Shown: positions 42,717 to 51,324 of the stretch, piece by piece
Layout of the letters: every line of letters begins with the position of its first letter
Numbering within the stretch: position 1 is the first letter of the stretch
Source of the DNA: Gammaproteobacteria bacterium
GTDB lineage: Bacteria > Pseudomonadota > Gammaproteobacteria > Eutrophobiales > Eutrophobiaceae
Direction of reading: 5' to 3'
DNA: 64,000 nucleotides
Assembly (NCBI GenBank): GCA_963422205.2
Contig: CAXMWX010000001.1
Coordinates: 160,001 to 224,000 of the forward strand
Position numbers and translations under genes: made by a program
Notes under the pieces: generated by a model
What the model was told of the DNA's origin: nothing
Databases searched by the model: none
Seen by the model: only the letters and a program-made list of their open reading frames with translations

Positions 42717-44167
42717 AATACGGTCTGTCCGCTCAGCAACTACAGGAAATCACCGGCATTCTCGCCGCGTATGAGGAAGTAGAAACCGCCGTGCTGTTTG
42801 GCTCACGGGCCATAGACACCTACAAAGAAGCCTCCGATGTTGATATTGCCATCAAGGGCGAAAAGGCCGACTTTGGGCTTGCCCTAAGCATAAAAGACCA
42901 CCTCGAAGAAGAAACCTACCTGCCCTTTTTCTTTGATGTTATTTCCTATCAAAGCATTAGCAATGAGGAACTGAAAAAACATATCCGCACCAAAGGCAAA
43001 GTGATGTATCGGAAAAGCATGAAAGAATGGCGGGAAATACGATTAGAAAGGTATATCAAAACCAATAAAAAAAGTATTGGTATGGATTTTCCGTATCAAG
43101 AAATATTATATCTGGATACAGGTTCAATAACGAAAAACAAAATTGATAAATTACAAGAATTTTCATTAACGAATGCGCCCAGTCGAGCAAAAAGAATAGT
43201 TGAAGAGGAGGATATTATCTATTCGTCGGTAAGACCTAATCAGCTTCATTATGGTTTCATTAAAAACCCAAAAGATAATCTGGTAGTCTCTACAGGCTTC
43301 GTTGTTATTTCTTGTGATAAAGAATTTCTTGAACCAAAATACTTATACTATTTTCTCGCATCTGAAAATTCTACTGAATATTTACATTCAATAGCGGAAG
43401 CCTCAACCTCAGCATATCCTTCTTTAAAGCCAAGGGATATTGAAACTTTAGAAATCCTACTCCCACCCCTGCCCGAACAAAAAGCCATCGCCTCTGTCCT
43501 TTCCAGCCTGGATGACAAAATCGACCTGCTCCACCGCCAAAACCAAACCCTCGAACAACTGGCAGAAACCCTCTTCCGACAGTGGTTTGTGGAAGAAGCG
43601 GATGAGGGATGGGGGGAAGGTTGTTTAGGAGATGTTATTGAAATATTTGATAGTAAAAGAATACCTCTTTCAAAAATGCAAAGGCTCGAAATGAAGATTG
43701 GAAAGATGTATCCCTATTATGGAGCAGCCAAAATAATGGATTATGTGAATGATTTCATTTTTGATGGTGAATACATACTATTTGCTGAAGACGGAACTGT
43801 AAAAACTGATGAAGGTTATCCTGTTCTTCAATATGCAACAGGTCAATTTTGGGTCAACAATCATACCCATATTTTGAGAGCCAAAAAGCCTTATTCCAAC
43901 TTCTTCATTTGGTGTTATTTGGTTAAAAAAAATATTGAAAAATATATCACTGGGGCAGTCCAACCCAAAATAAACCAGTCCAATCTTAAGTCCATCGATT
44001 TTCCAAAGTTTCCAGGAGACTTAGTAGAAAATTGGAATGTTGAAACTGAGCCGATATTTGGCAAGATAAATCAAAATAAAACTCAGATAAAAACCATAAC
44101 CAACCTAAGAGACACCCTGTTGCCCAAACTCATGAGCGGCGAAGTGCGGGTGGAAATGGAAAATTAA
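42713..44167 (+). CDS. hsdS: MNT antitoxin fused in frame to the type I RM specificity subunit
   Basis: Residues 1-102: FGSRAIDTYKEASDVD, LPFFFDVI. From MKEWRE (43019): two TRDs, PPLPEQKAIA..LDDKI, LRDTLLPKLMSGEV. No stop between the two parts. Confidence 0.92.
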   Translation: MKYGLSAQQLQEITGILAAYEEVETAVLFGSRAIDTYKEASDVDIAIKGEKADFGLALSIKDHLEEETYLPFFFDVISYQSISNEELKKHIRTKGKVMYRKSMKEWREIRLERYIKTNKKSIGMDFPYQEILYLDTGSITKNKIDKLQEFSLTNAPSRAKRIVEEEDIIYSSVRPNQLHYGFIKNPKDNLVVSTGFVVISCDKEFLEPKYLYYFLASENSTEYLHSIAEASTSAYPSLKPRDIETLEILLPPLPEQKAIASVLSSLDDKIDLLHRQNQTLEQLAETLFRQWFVEEADEGWGEGCLGDVIEIFDSKRIPLSKMQRLEMKIGKMYPYYGAAKIMDYVNDFIFDGEYILFAEDGTVKTDEGYPVLQYATGQFWVNNHTHILRAKKPYSNFFIWCYLVKKNIEKYITGAVQPKINQSNLKSIDFPKFPGDLVENWNVETEPIFGKINQNKTQIKTITNLRDTLLPKLMSGEVRVEMEN

Positions 44168-44752
44168 ATGATTAGGAAAATAGAACTTTTCTTTTTATCA
44201 CTTTGGTTATTGTTTGTATTGATTATCATCATTACGGCAAAAATTCCTTTTTGCTTTTCAGAAGTTTGTGGGTTTGTTGGATTCGAATATCTCATTTTGA
44301 ATAATATCATCTCTCTGTTATGCATAATCTCATTAATTATTGGGGCTGTTGCTTATTTTGATTTCATTTATCAGATGAAGGGATCGCCCGAGTTATCTTT
44401 TAAGATAACTAAAATTGAAAAGATTGATTATGAACATTTGATCTTTCTTACGACATATATAATACCATTGGTATGCTTCAAATTTGAATCACTTAGATAC
44501 CAGATAGTGTTTTTTTTGATAATTGTGGTGATTGGAATAATTTATGTCAGAACTGACCTCTTTTATGCAAATCCAATACTGGCAATGCTTCAATTTCGAA
44601 TCTACAAAGTGGATGGAGAATTTAGAAATAATGAAACACGTGAAGCTAGAATATTAATTTCCAAAGAAAAACTAAGTAAAGAAGATAATGTCAAGTACTT
44701 GAAACTTGATGACCGAATATATTATGCATTTAGAGTAAAGAAAAATGACTAA
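44168..44752 (+). CDS. kwaA: Kiwa anti-phage membrane protein
   Basis: Four TM segments, YEHLIFLTTYIIPL, LFYANPIL..FRIYK; AT-rich; upstream of a KwaB-like gene. Recognised from family motifs, no search run. Confidence 0.8.
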   Translation: MIRKIELFFLSLWLLFVLIIIITAKIPFCFSEVCGFVGFEYLILNNIISLLCIISLIIGAVAYFDFIYQMKGSPELSFKITKIEKIDYEHLIFLTTYIIPLVCFKFESLRYQIVFFLIIVVIGIIYVRTDLFYANPILAMLQFRIYKVDGEFRNNETREARILISKEKLSKEDNVKYLKLDDRIYYAFRVKKND

Positions 44753-45728
44753 AGAAGAACTTAACCAGGCACTTCAGTTTATCAATAACCCACAAGGTGA
44801 ATTACAGATAATCTTATATACATTATTTAAGAATGGAGGAGATATAAAGAAAATAGATATACGAGTAGATGATCTTCCACAAATCCGTGAAATATTTATT
44901 CAGGGCATAAAGTCTTATGTTGTGGAAAAAGATGATCATGTTGTCCTGCCACTTTCTACAGCCGATGAAAGAGTGAACTGTTTTTATACCTATGACCTTG
45001 AATTGCCAGATGAACTGACATATTTAGAAAGTGTTATTGGCAATGATGATTTAGACAACTTTAACTTTCAAGATGATCAGTTATCTGAAATTGATGCACT
45101 TATTGTAATCCTCGCTGATAATGATTTTGAAATTTCTTTATTCAAAAAATTAACACCGGTAGAAGTAGTAGGCAGAGGTGGATATATGTTATGGAAATCA
45201 AATGAGAGATTTGAGCGATTTGATGAACAGCTATTGCGAATTACTCCTCGATTTCAAGTAATTCGAGTAAATAATGAGGTAGTCATTATTGATTTAAATA
45301 CAATAGAGAAAAGCCTTGGGTTCCATGATGTAATCACTAGGGAGGCTAGTGCAAGCCTTGATGTTATTAGACAAATGGAAATTGTAAGTAATATTGAGAG
45401 TTTAGAAGAACTGGTTACGGATGTCAGTTTTGCAAGAAAGTTAACAAGAGTGGCGAAAAATTCACCTGTCATTCAGAATAACATACCAAATACAGATATT
45501 ATCGCCTTTTCAAAAAGGTATCCCATTACAAGAAATAAGATGAGATATAATGAAGATGAAAGTCAATTTAATTTGGATACACGTGTTTCTAAAGACTTAT
45601 TTATCAAAATACTGAATGATGACCTCCTTACTTCAGAACTGACAAGGCTATATTATGACAGTCTGGCTAAAGATGGTGTTGGAATTGAAAATGTAGATGA
45701 AAACCAAGATGCTGATAATACCCTATGA
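44745..45728 (+). CDS. kwaB: Kiwa anti-phage protein (DUF4868-like)
   Basis: LSTADER, acidic 327-aa protein ending FIKILNDDLLTSELT..Y; overlaps kwaA. Confidence 0.8.
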   Translation: MTKEELNQALQFINNPQGELQIILYTLFKNGGDIKKIDIRVDDLPQIREIFIQGIKSYVVEKDDHVVLPLSTADERVNCFYTYDLELPDELTYLESVIGNDDLDNFNFQDDQLSEIDALIVILADNDFEISLFKKLTPVEVVGRGGYMLWKSNERFERFDEQLLRITPRFQVIRVNNEVVIIDLNTIEKSLGFHDVITREASASLDVIRQMEIVSNIESLEELVTDVSFARKLTRVAKNSPVIQNNIPNTDIIAFSKRYPITRNKMRYNEDESQFNLDTRVSKDLFIKILNDDLLTSELTRLYYDSLAKDGVGIENVDENQDADNTL

Positions 45729-45808
45729 CTTGCTTAACCAAAAACGAAATTGAGGAATTGGTCACACAGAAATTAAAAATCCCCGAAACCGAGGTTAAGG
45801 GGATATGA
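45725..45808 (+). pseudogene. 27-aa mini-ORF resembling the HsdR N-terminus
   Basis: MTCLTKNEIEE versus HsdR MTRLTESAIEN; ATGA overlap with the kwaB stop. Confidence 0.5.
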
Positions 45809-45841
45809 AAGGTTGGGCTGATGAGCGGTTGGGGTGATGTG

Positions 45842-45887
45842 GTAGAGACGCAAAATTTTGCATCTCTACAGGATATTTCGTCTCTAC
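45842..45887. repeat. GTAG-type REP plus one extra right arm, upstream of the RAYT
   Basis: GTAGAGACGCAAAATTTTGCATCTCTAC followed by AGGATATTTCGTCTCTAC. Confidence 0.9.
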
Positions 45888-46070
45888 GGGGGTATCGGAT
45901 ATTCATAATACATTGCACCAGAAACCCAAAAAAACAAAATAATGACCGGCCTTTACAAAAACAAATACCGCATCGCCTCTGCCCGCCACCCGGCTTGGAA
46001 TTATGGATGGAACGCTGCGTATTTTGTGACGATCTGTACCAAAGACCGGGTATGTTGGTTTGGGCAAATC

Positions 46071-46152
46071 GTAGAGACGCAAGATTTTGCGTCTCTACAG
46101 GATCTTGCGTCTCTACAAAATGTTGCGTCTCCACAGGGTATTGCACCTCTAC
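46071..46152. repeat. REP plus three tandem 18-bp right arms, in frame inside the RAYT
   Basis: GTAGAGACGCAAGATTTTGCGTCTCTAC, AGGATCTTGCGTCTCTAC, AAAATGTTGCGTCTCCAC, AGGGTATTGCACCTCTAC. Confidence 0.9.
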
Positions 46153-46337
46153 CACATGAACCACAAATGAAATTATCAGAAATGGGTGAAATCGCCCACC
46201 AATGCTGGTTGGAAATACCACAACATTTTCCGTTTGTGAAATTGGGAAATCACATTATCATGCCCAATCATGTACACGGCATTGTGATCATTGATAAACC
46301 GGATGATGGATTCGGTGAAAACCATGATTTACACAAC

Positions 46338-46383
46338 GTAGAGACGCAAAATCTTGCGTCTCTACAGGATGTTGCGTCTCTAC
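46338..46383. repeat. REP plus one 18-bp right arm, in frame inside the RAYT
   Basis: GTAGAGACGCAAAATCTTGCGTCTCTAC followed by AGGATGTTGCGTCTCTAC. Confidence 0.9.
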
Positions 46384-46627
46384 CGTCCAAACCATCAGAA
46401 ACCAACAAACCTAAAAACCAATTTGGCCCGCAATCCAAAAACCTGGCATCCATCATCCGCGGGTTCAAAACAGGGATCACCAAAAATGCCAGACGCATTG
46501 CCCCGGAATTTGCCTGGCAACCCCGATACCATGACCATATCATCCGAAATGAAAAATCCTATTATCATATTTCAGAATACATTGTGAATAATCCCCCGAA
46601 ATGGACAGAAGATGAATTCTATGCCCC

Positions 46628-49600
46628 ATGACCCGCTTAACTGAATCCGCCATCGAAAATTTCGCCATTGAACTGTTTGAACACTTGGGCTACCAGTACC
46701 TCTACGGCCCGGACATTGCCCCATTCCCCTCCTCTGGAGGGGTGGATTTCATCGAAGATGGAAGACGAGGTGGTGCAGACACTCGCGAAAGCTACAGCCA
46801 AGTCCTGCTCCTCAATCGCCTGCGAGAGGCCATTGCCAGAATCAACCCCGGCATTGCCCATGACACCCGGCAGGAGGCCATCAAGGAAATTCAGCGCCTG
46901 CATTCCCCGGCATTATTGACCAACAATGAGGCTTTTCATCGTCTGCTTACCGAAAGCATTCAGGTGACGTATCAAAAAGACGGTCAGCAAAGGGGCGATT
47001 TGGTCTGGCTGATTGATTTTGAAAACCCAGGCAACAATGATTTTGTCGTCACCAATCAATACACCATCATAGAAGATGGCAACAACAAACGCCCCGACAT
47101 AATATTGTTCATCAACGGTATCCCGTTGGTGGTTGTCGAGCTTAAAAACGCCGCCGATGAAACTGCAACTGTAGAGTCAGCATTCGACCAAATAGAAACC
47201 TACAAAGCCACCATTCCAAGCCTGTTTACTTACAATGCGTTTTCCATCATTTCCGATGGTCTGGAAGCCAAAGCCGGAACCGTATCTTCTGAAATCAGTC
47301 GCTTCATGGCATGGAAATCTGTGGACGGCAAAAAAGAAGCCTCTCATCGGGTCAGTCAGCTGGAGACCTTGATCCACGGCATGTTGAACAAGGAAACCCT
47401 GATTGATGTGATCAGGCATTTCATTGTCTTTGAGAAGTCCAGAAAGGAGGACGCTGAATCGGGGCAGATCACCATCAACAGCATAAAAAAACTGGCCGCC
47501 TATCATCAATACTACGCCGTGAATCGCGCCATTGACTCAACCCTGCGAGCGACAGGGTACAGGTTAGAAAGAAAGACACCTGTAAGCAGCGTACAGGAAT
47601 CACCGGAGAGTTACGGTGTGCCGGGGGTAAAGTCACAGCCATCGGGCGATAGAAAAGGCGGAGTCGTCTGGCATACGCAGGGAAGTGGAAAGTCGCTTTC
47701 CATGGTCTTTTATGCAGGCAAAATCGTGCAGGCCCTCCATAACCCCACAGTCGTCATGATTACAGACAGAAACGACCTGGACGATCAGCTGTTCGATACC
47801 TTTGCCGCCTCCGCGCAATTACTCAGGCAGGAACCCAAACAGGCCGCCGACCGCAATGATCTCAAGGCAAAACTGAAAGTCGCTTCAGGGGGTATTGTTT
47901 TCACCACCATTCAGAAATTCCAACCAGAAGAAGGCCATAGTTACGAGACGCTTTCAGCGCGAGACAACATTGTGGTCATCGCCGATGAAGCCCACCGCAC
48001 CCAATACGGCTTCAAGGCAAAACATGTCGATGCCAGGGACGCAAGCGGCCATGTCATGGGGACGAAAACCCGCTATGGTTTTGCCAAGTACATGCGTGAT
48101 GCCTTGCCCCATGCCACTTATCTTGGCTTTACCGGCACACCGATTGAAAATGCCGATGTCAACACGCCGGCCGTTTTCGGAAATTATATTGATGTCTATG
48201 ACGTAGCCCAGGCCGTGGAAGATGGCGCTACCGTTCCCATCTATTATGAAAGCCGCCTGGCCAAGGTCAATCTCAGTGATGAGGGCAAACAGTTGGTGGC
48301 AGAGCTTGAAGAGGAACTGGAACAGGAAGAGCTAACCGAAACCCAAAAGGTCAAAGCCAAGTGGACGCAATTAGAAGCGCTTATAGGCAGTGAAAATCGC
48401 CTTGCCACGGTAGCAAAAGACATGGTTCAGCATTTTGAGCAGCGACAGGAAGTCTTTACCGGCAAGGGCATGATTGTGACCATGTCCAGACGCATCGCCG
48501 CAGACCTCTATGCAGAAATCATCCAGCTCAAACCCGAATGGCATTCAGATGATCTCGACAAGGGTGCGATTAAAGTGGTGATGACTTCCTCATCATCCGA
48601 TGGCCCCAAGATGGCAAAACACCATTCCACCAAGCAGCAACGCAGGACTCTGGCAGAGCGCATGAAAGACCCGGACAATGCACTGAAGCTGGTTATTGTT
48701 CGGGACATGTGGCTGACCGGTTTTGATGTGCCCATGATGCACACGCTCTACATCGATAAACCCATGCAAGGCCACAACCTGATGCAGGCTATAGCGCGGG
48801 TGAACCGGGTCTATCAAGACAAGCCCGGTGGCTTGGTCGTGGATTATCTCGGCATTGCCTCGGACTTAAAGCAAGCGCTGTCCTTCTATGCCGATGCCGG
48901 CGGCAAAGGCGACCCGGCCATAGCACAGGAACAGGCCCTGTCCTTGATGCTGGAAAAACTAGAAGTCGTATCTCAGATGTACAATGAATGCCCCTCCCGT
49001 GCAGGAGTACCCGAAGGACGGGGCGGTAAATTCCCCTCCTCTGGAGGGGTGGATTTCATCGCAGATGAAAGACGGGGTGGTTTCGCTTACCAAAATTACT
49101 TTGATGCAAACACCTCAGAAAAGCTATCCATCATCCTGGCAGCAGCAGAACATATTTTAGGGCTGGAAGACGGGAAGAAAAGGTACATCAACCAGGTGAC
49201 TGCCTTGTCAAAAGCCTTTGCCATCGCTATCCCGCACGAGCAGGCCATGCAGGTGAAAGAGGAGGTTGGCTTCTTTCAAGCGGTAAAAGCCAGACTGGCC
49301 AAGTTTGATTCGAGCGAACCAGCAACCGGCTTAGGCAGAACGGATAAGGCCATAGAGACGACTATCCGTCAGGTGGTGGACAACGCCCTGGTCTCCGAAA
49401 AAGTGGTGGATGTATTCGATGCCGCAGGGATCAAAAAGCCCGACATCTCTATTCTTTCAGAGGATTTCTTAATGGAATTGAAAGGCATGGAACACAAGAA
49501 TGTGGCGCTGGAGGTGCTGAAAAAGCTGCTCAATGACGAGATAAAAAGTCGCGCCAAAAAGAATCTGGTCAAGAGCAAATCATTGTTGGAGATGCTTGAG

Positions 49601-49999
49601 AACTCGATCAAAAAATATCAAAACAACATTCTCACCGCCGCAGAGGTCATAGACGAACTCATCAAACTGAGCAAAGACATTGTCAATATGGACAGTGAAG
49701 CCCGGCAACTTGGCCTGTCAGATTTCGAGTACGCTTTCTACACCGCCGTGGCCGACAATGACAGCGCCAGGGAGCTGATGGCAAAAGACAAACTGCGCGA
49801 GCTTGCTGCCATTCTCACCGAAAAAGTAAAACAAAATGCCTCGATAGACTGGGCGATTAAAGACAGTGCCAAAGCAAAACTGAAGGTGATTATCAAAAGA
49901 ACCCTGCGCCAATATGGCTATCCGCCGGATATGCAAAAGCTCGCCACTGAAACCGTACTGAAACAGGCCGAGATGATTGCAGATGAGTTGGCAGCGTAA
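46628..49999 (+). CDS. hsdR: Type I RM restriction subunit
   Basis: RPDIILFINGIPLVVVELK nuclease motif, WHTQGSGKS, DEAH, FTGTP, MWLTGFD, QAIARVNR. Confidence 0.96.
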   Translation: MTRLTESAIENFAIELFEHLGYQYLYGPDIAPFPSSGGVDFIEDGRRGGADTRESYSQVLLLNRLREAIARINPGIAHDTRQEAIKEIQRLHSPALLTNNEAFHRLLTESIQVTYQKDGQQRGDLVWLIDFENPGNNDFVVTNQYTIIEDGNNKRPDIILFINGIPLVVVELKNAADETATVESAFDQIETYKATIPSLFTYNAFSIISDGLEAKAGTVSSEISRFMAWKSVDGKKEASHRVSQLETLIHGMLNKETLIDVIRHFIVFEKSRKEDAESGQITINSIKKLAAYHQYYAVNRAIDSTLRATGYRLERKTPVSSVQESPESYGVPGVKSQPSGDRKGGVVWHTQGSGKSLSMVFYAGKIVQALHNPTVVMITDRNDLDDQLFDTFAASAQLLRQEPKQAADRNDLKAKLKVASGGIVFTTIQKFQPEEGHSYETLSARDNIVVIADEAHRTQYGFKAKHVDARDASGHVMGTKTRYGFAKYMRDALPHATYLGFTGTPIENADVNTPAVFGNYIDVYDVAQAVEDGATVPIYYESRLAKVNLSDEGKQLVAELEEELEQEELTETQKVKAKWTQLEALIGSENRLATVAKDMVQHFEQRQEVFTGKGMIVTMSRRIAADLYAEIIQLKPEWHSDDLDKGAIKVVMTSSSSDGPKMAKHHSTKQQRRTLAERMKDPDNALKLVIVRDMWLTGFDVPMMHTLYIDKPMQGHNLMQAIARVNRVYQDKPGGLVVDYLGIASDLKQALSFYADAGGKGDPAIAQEQALSLMLEKLEVVSQMYNECPSRAGVPEGRGGKFPSSGGVDFIADERRGGFAYQNYFDANTSEKLSIILAAAEHILGLEDGKKRYINQVTALSKAFAIAIPHEQAMQVKEEVGFFQAVKARLAKFDSSEPATGLGRTDKAIETTIRQVVDNALVSEKVVDVFDAAGIKKPDISILSEDFLMELKGMEHKNVALEVLKKLLNDEIKSRAKKNLVKSKSLLEMLENSIKKYQNNILTAAEVIDELIKLSKDIVNMDSEARQLGLSDFEYAFYTAVADNDSARELMAKDKLRELAAILTEKVKQNASIDWAIKDSAKAKLKVIIKRTLRQYGYPPDMQKLATETVLKQAEMIADELAA
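46723..46774. repeat. CCCCTCC/GGAGGGG hairpin repeat in frame inside hsdR
   Basis: ATTCCCCTCC-TCT-GGAGGGGTGGATTTCATCGAAGATGGAAGACGAGGTGGT, translating as FPSSGGVDFIEDGRRGG. Confidence 0.88.
48988..49082. repeat. Two tandem copies (the first degenerate) of the same repeat, in frame inside hsdR
   Basis: Translates as CPSRAGVPEGRGGK-FPSSGGVDFIADERRGG; the second copy is nearly identical to 46723-46774. Confidence 0.88.
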
Positions 50000-50068
50000 A
50001 AAATTGCTTTGCGGCGGGAGGGCGATGCCTTCACCTCATCTTGCCCTGGTAATTTTGACGGCTCTTAA

Positions 50069-50731
50069 CTAAGTACGCCTGTTGAGATTTCCCTCAAGCC
50101 GCCGGGCGCGTTCCCGCCAGCTCGTTGACAAGACTGCCAGCGCTTTCAAGGCGGTGATCGCTGTCCTGTCTCGGTCATTGCCAACCAGCAAACCCAACAC
50201 CCGGGCCACCGGCCATTCAGGATACGGGCGTGCCAGCAAGGCGATGCTATCGCCCGCCCGCACTTCGCCCGTGTTGATGATGCGGTAATACCAGCCGCTG
50301 CGGCGACTGTCGATGACCTGGCGTACCATGTCCGCTGCGCCGAACCGGTGGCCTAGCTTCCAGCAGGGCTGTCGCCCCTGGCTGATCTCGACTGTGGCCG
50401 TGCCCAGGCGGAATTGATCGCCTATGCAGACTGTCGCTTCGGTCAGATCATGGCTGGAGATATTCTCACCAAAGGCGCCGGGGGCGGCGAAGTGTTCGGC
50501 CAGTTCCGGCCGCTCCTGTTGCCAGGCCGGGTAGTGGTCATAGCTGTAATGCAGCAGCGCCTTGTCTGGGCCGCCATGATAGCGGGGGTCGGCCTGCTCA
50601 TCGCCCTGTAATCCTGTTTTAGTGAGGGCGATAGCCGCATCAACCGGTTGTTTACGAAACGCGCTGGGCTCGCCCTTCGGCCCGAATGGCTGAACCCGGC
50701 CGGTAAGCACGGCATGGATGGTTGTCTGCAT
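50069..50731 (-). CDS. MOSC-domain protein (YiiM-like)
   Basis: GDEQAD..HGGPDKA, FGEN, QGRQPCWKL, GWYYR. Confidence 0.9.
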   Translation of the reverse strand: MQTTIHAVLTGRVQPFGPKGEPSAFRKQPVDAAIALTKTGLQGDEQADPRYHGGPDKALLHYSYDHYPAWQQERPELAEHFAAPGAFGENISSHDLTEATVCIGDQFRLGTATVEISQGRQPCWKLGHRFGAADMVRQVIDSRRSGWYYRIINTGEVRAGDSIALLARPYPEWPVARVLGLLVGNDRDRTAITALKALAVLSTSWRERARRLEGNLNRRT

Positions 50732-51126
50732 CAGTCGGGTTGCTGTTTCAATGTCAAGGCCACCGAGTTGATGCAGTAGCGCAGGCCGGTGGGATCAGGG
50801 CCATCGGGAAAGACATGGCCGAGATGGGCATCACAGCCATGGCATATCACCTCGGTGCGTACCATGCCGTGGCTGTTATCGGTGGCCGTTTTGATGGCCT
50901 TATCCGCAGCGGGCTGATAAAAACTGGGCCAGCCGCTGCCGGAATCAAATTTGCTGGTCGAGTTGAATAATGCCTGGCCGCAGCAGATGCAGTGGTACAT
51001 GCCAGCGGCTTTGCAGTCATGATATTCACCGCTGAAAGGGCGCTCGGTGCCCTTGTTGCGGCAGACGGCATATTGCTCCGGGGTGAGGTGTTCACGCCAG
51101 TGTTGTTCGGTCTTTTCTCTGCTCAT
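50731..51126 (-). CDS. msrB: Peptide-methionine (R)-S-oxide reductase
   Basis: [33 protein letters not shown]. Confidence 0.96.
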   Translation of the reverse strand: MSREKTEQHWREHLTPEQYAVCRNKGTERPFSGEYHDCKAAGMYHCICCGQALFNSTSKFDSGSGWPSFYQPAADKAIKTATDNSHGMVRTEVICHGCDAHLGHVFPDGPDPTGLRYCINSVALTLKQQPD

Positions 51127-51324
51127 CACGCTGCCTCTGGTGTAGCGGTCATTATAGGGCGAGGATCAGCATTGTCACTGACATCCTGCGGTGTTGTTGG
51201 CCGGTTTGCTCATTAGAACCTGCTCGCCAGGAAGATAAGGCAAGGCGACAGGCTGATCATCCAAGGGCGATGTTTCTGGCGGGCTTCTTACCGGTGCGGG
51301 CATGATGGCGGGGACCTCCGGGTG

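Larger units (their letters stand above)
45942..46631 (+). mobile_element. REP-associated tyrosine transposase (RAYT, Y1 HUH family)
   Basis: YFVTICT, IMPNHVHGI (HUH), WQPRYHDHIIRNE, EYIVNNP (catalytic Tyr); adjacent to and interrupted by GTAG REPs. Confidence 0.9.

Noticed and set aside
42713-44167. Invertible hsdS shufflon
   Set aside because: Only one complete hsdS, with no inverted silent TRDs and no recombinase.
46071-46152. Possible mini-CRISPR from the 18-bp repeats
   Set aside because: No spacers; the units are copies of the REP arm.
45667-46221. 184-aa minus-strand ORF with VETQ repeats
   Set aside because: Antisense reading of the palindromic REPs and the RAYT; no independent evidence of coding.
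51213-51290. Possible MITE upstream of msrB (AGAACCTGCTCGCCAG ... CTGGCGGGCTTCT)
   Set aside because: The inverted ends need a gap to align and there is only one copy in the window.
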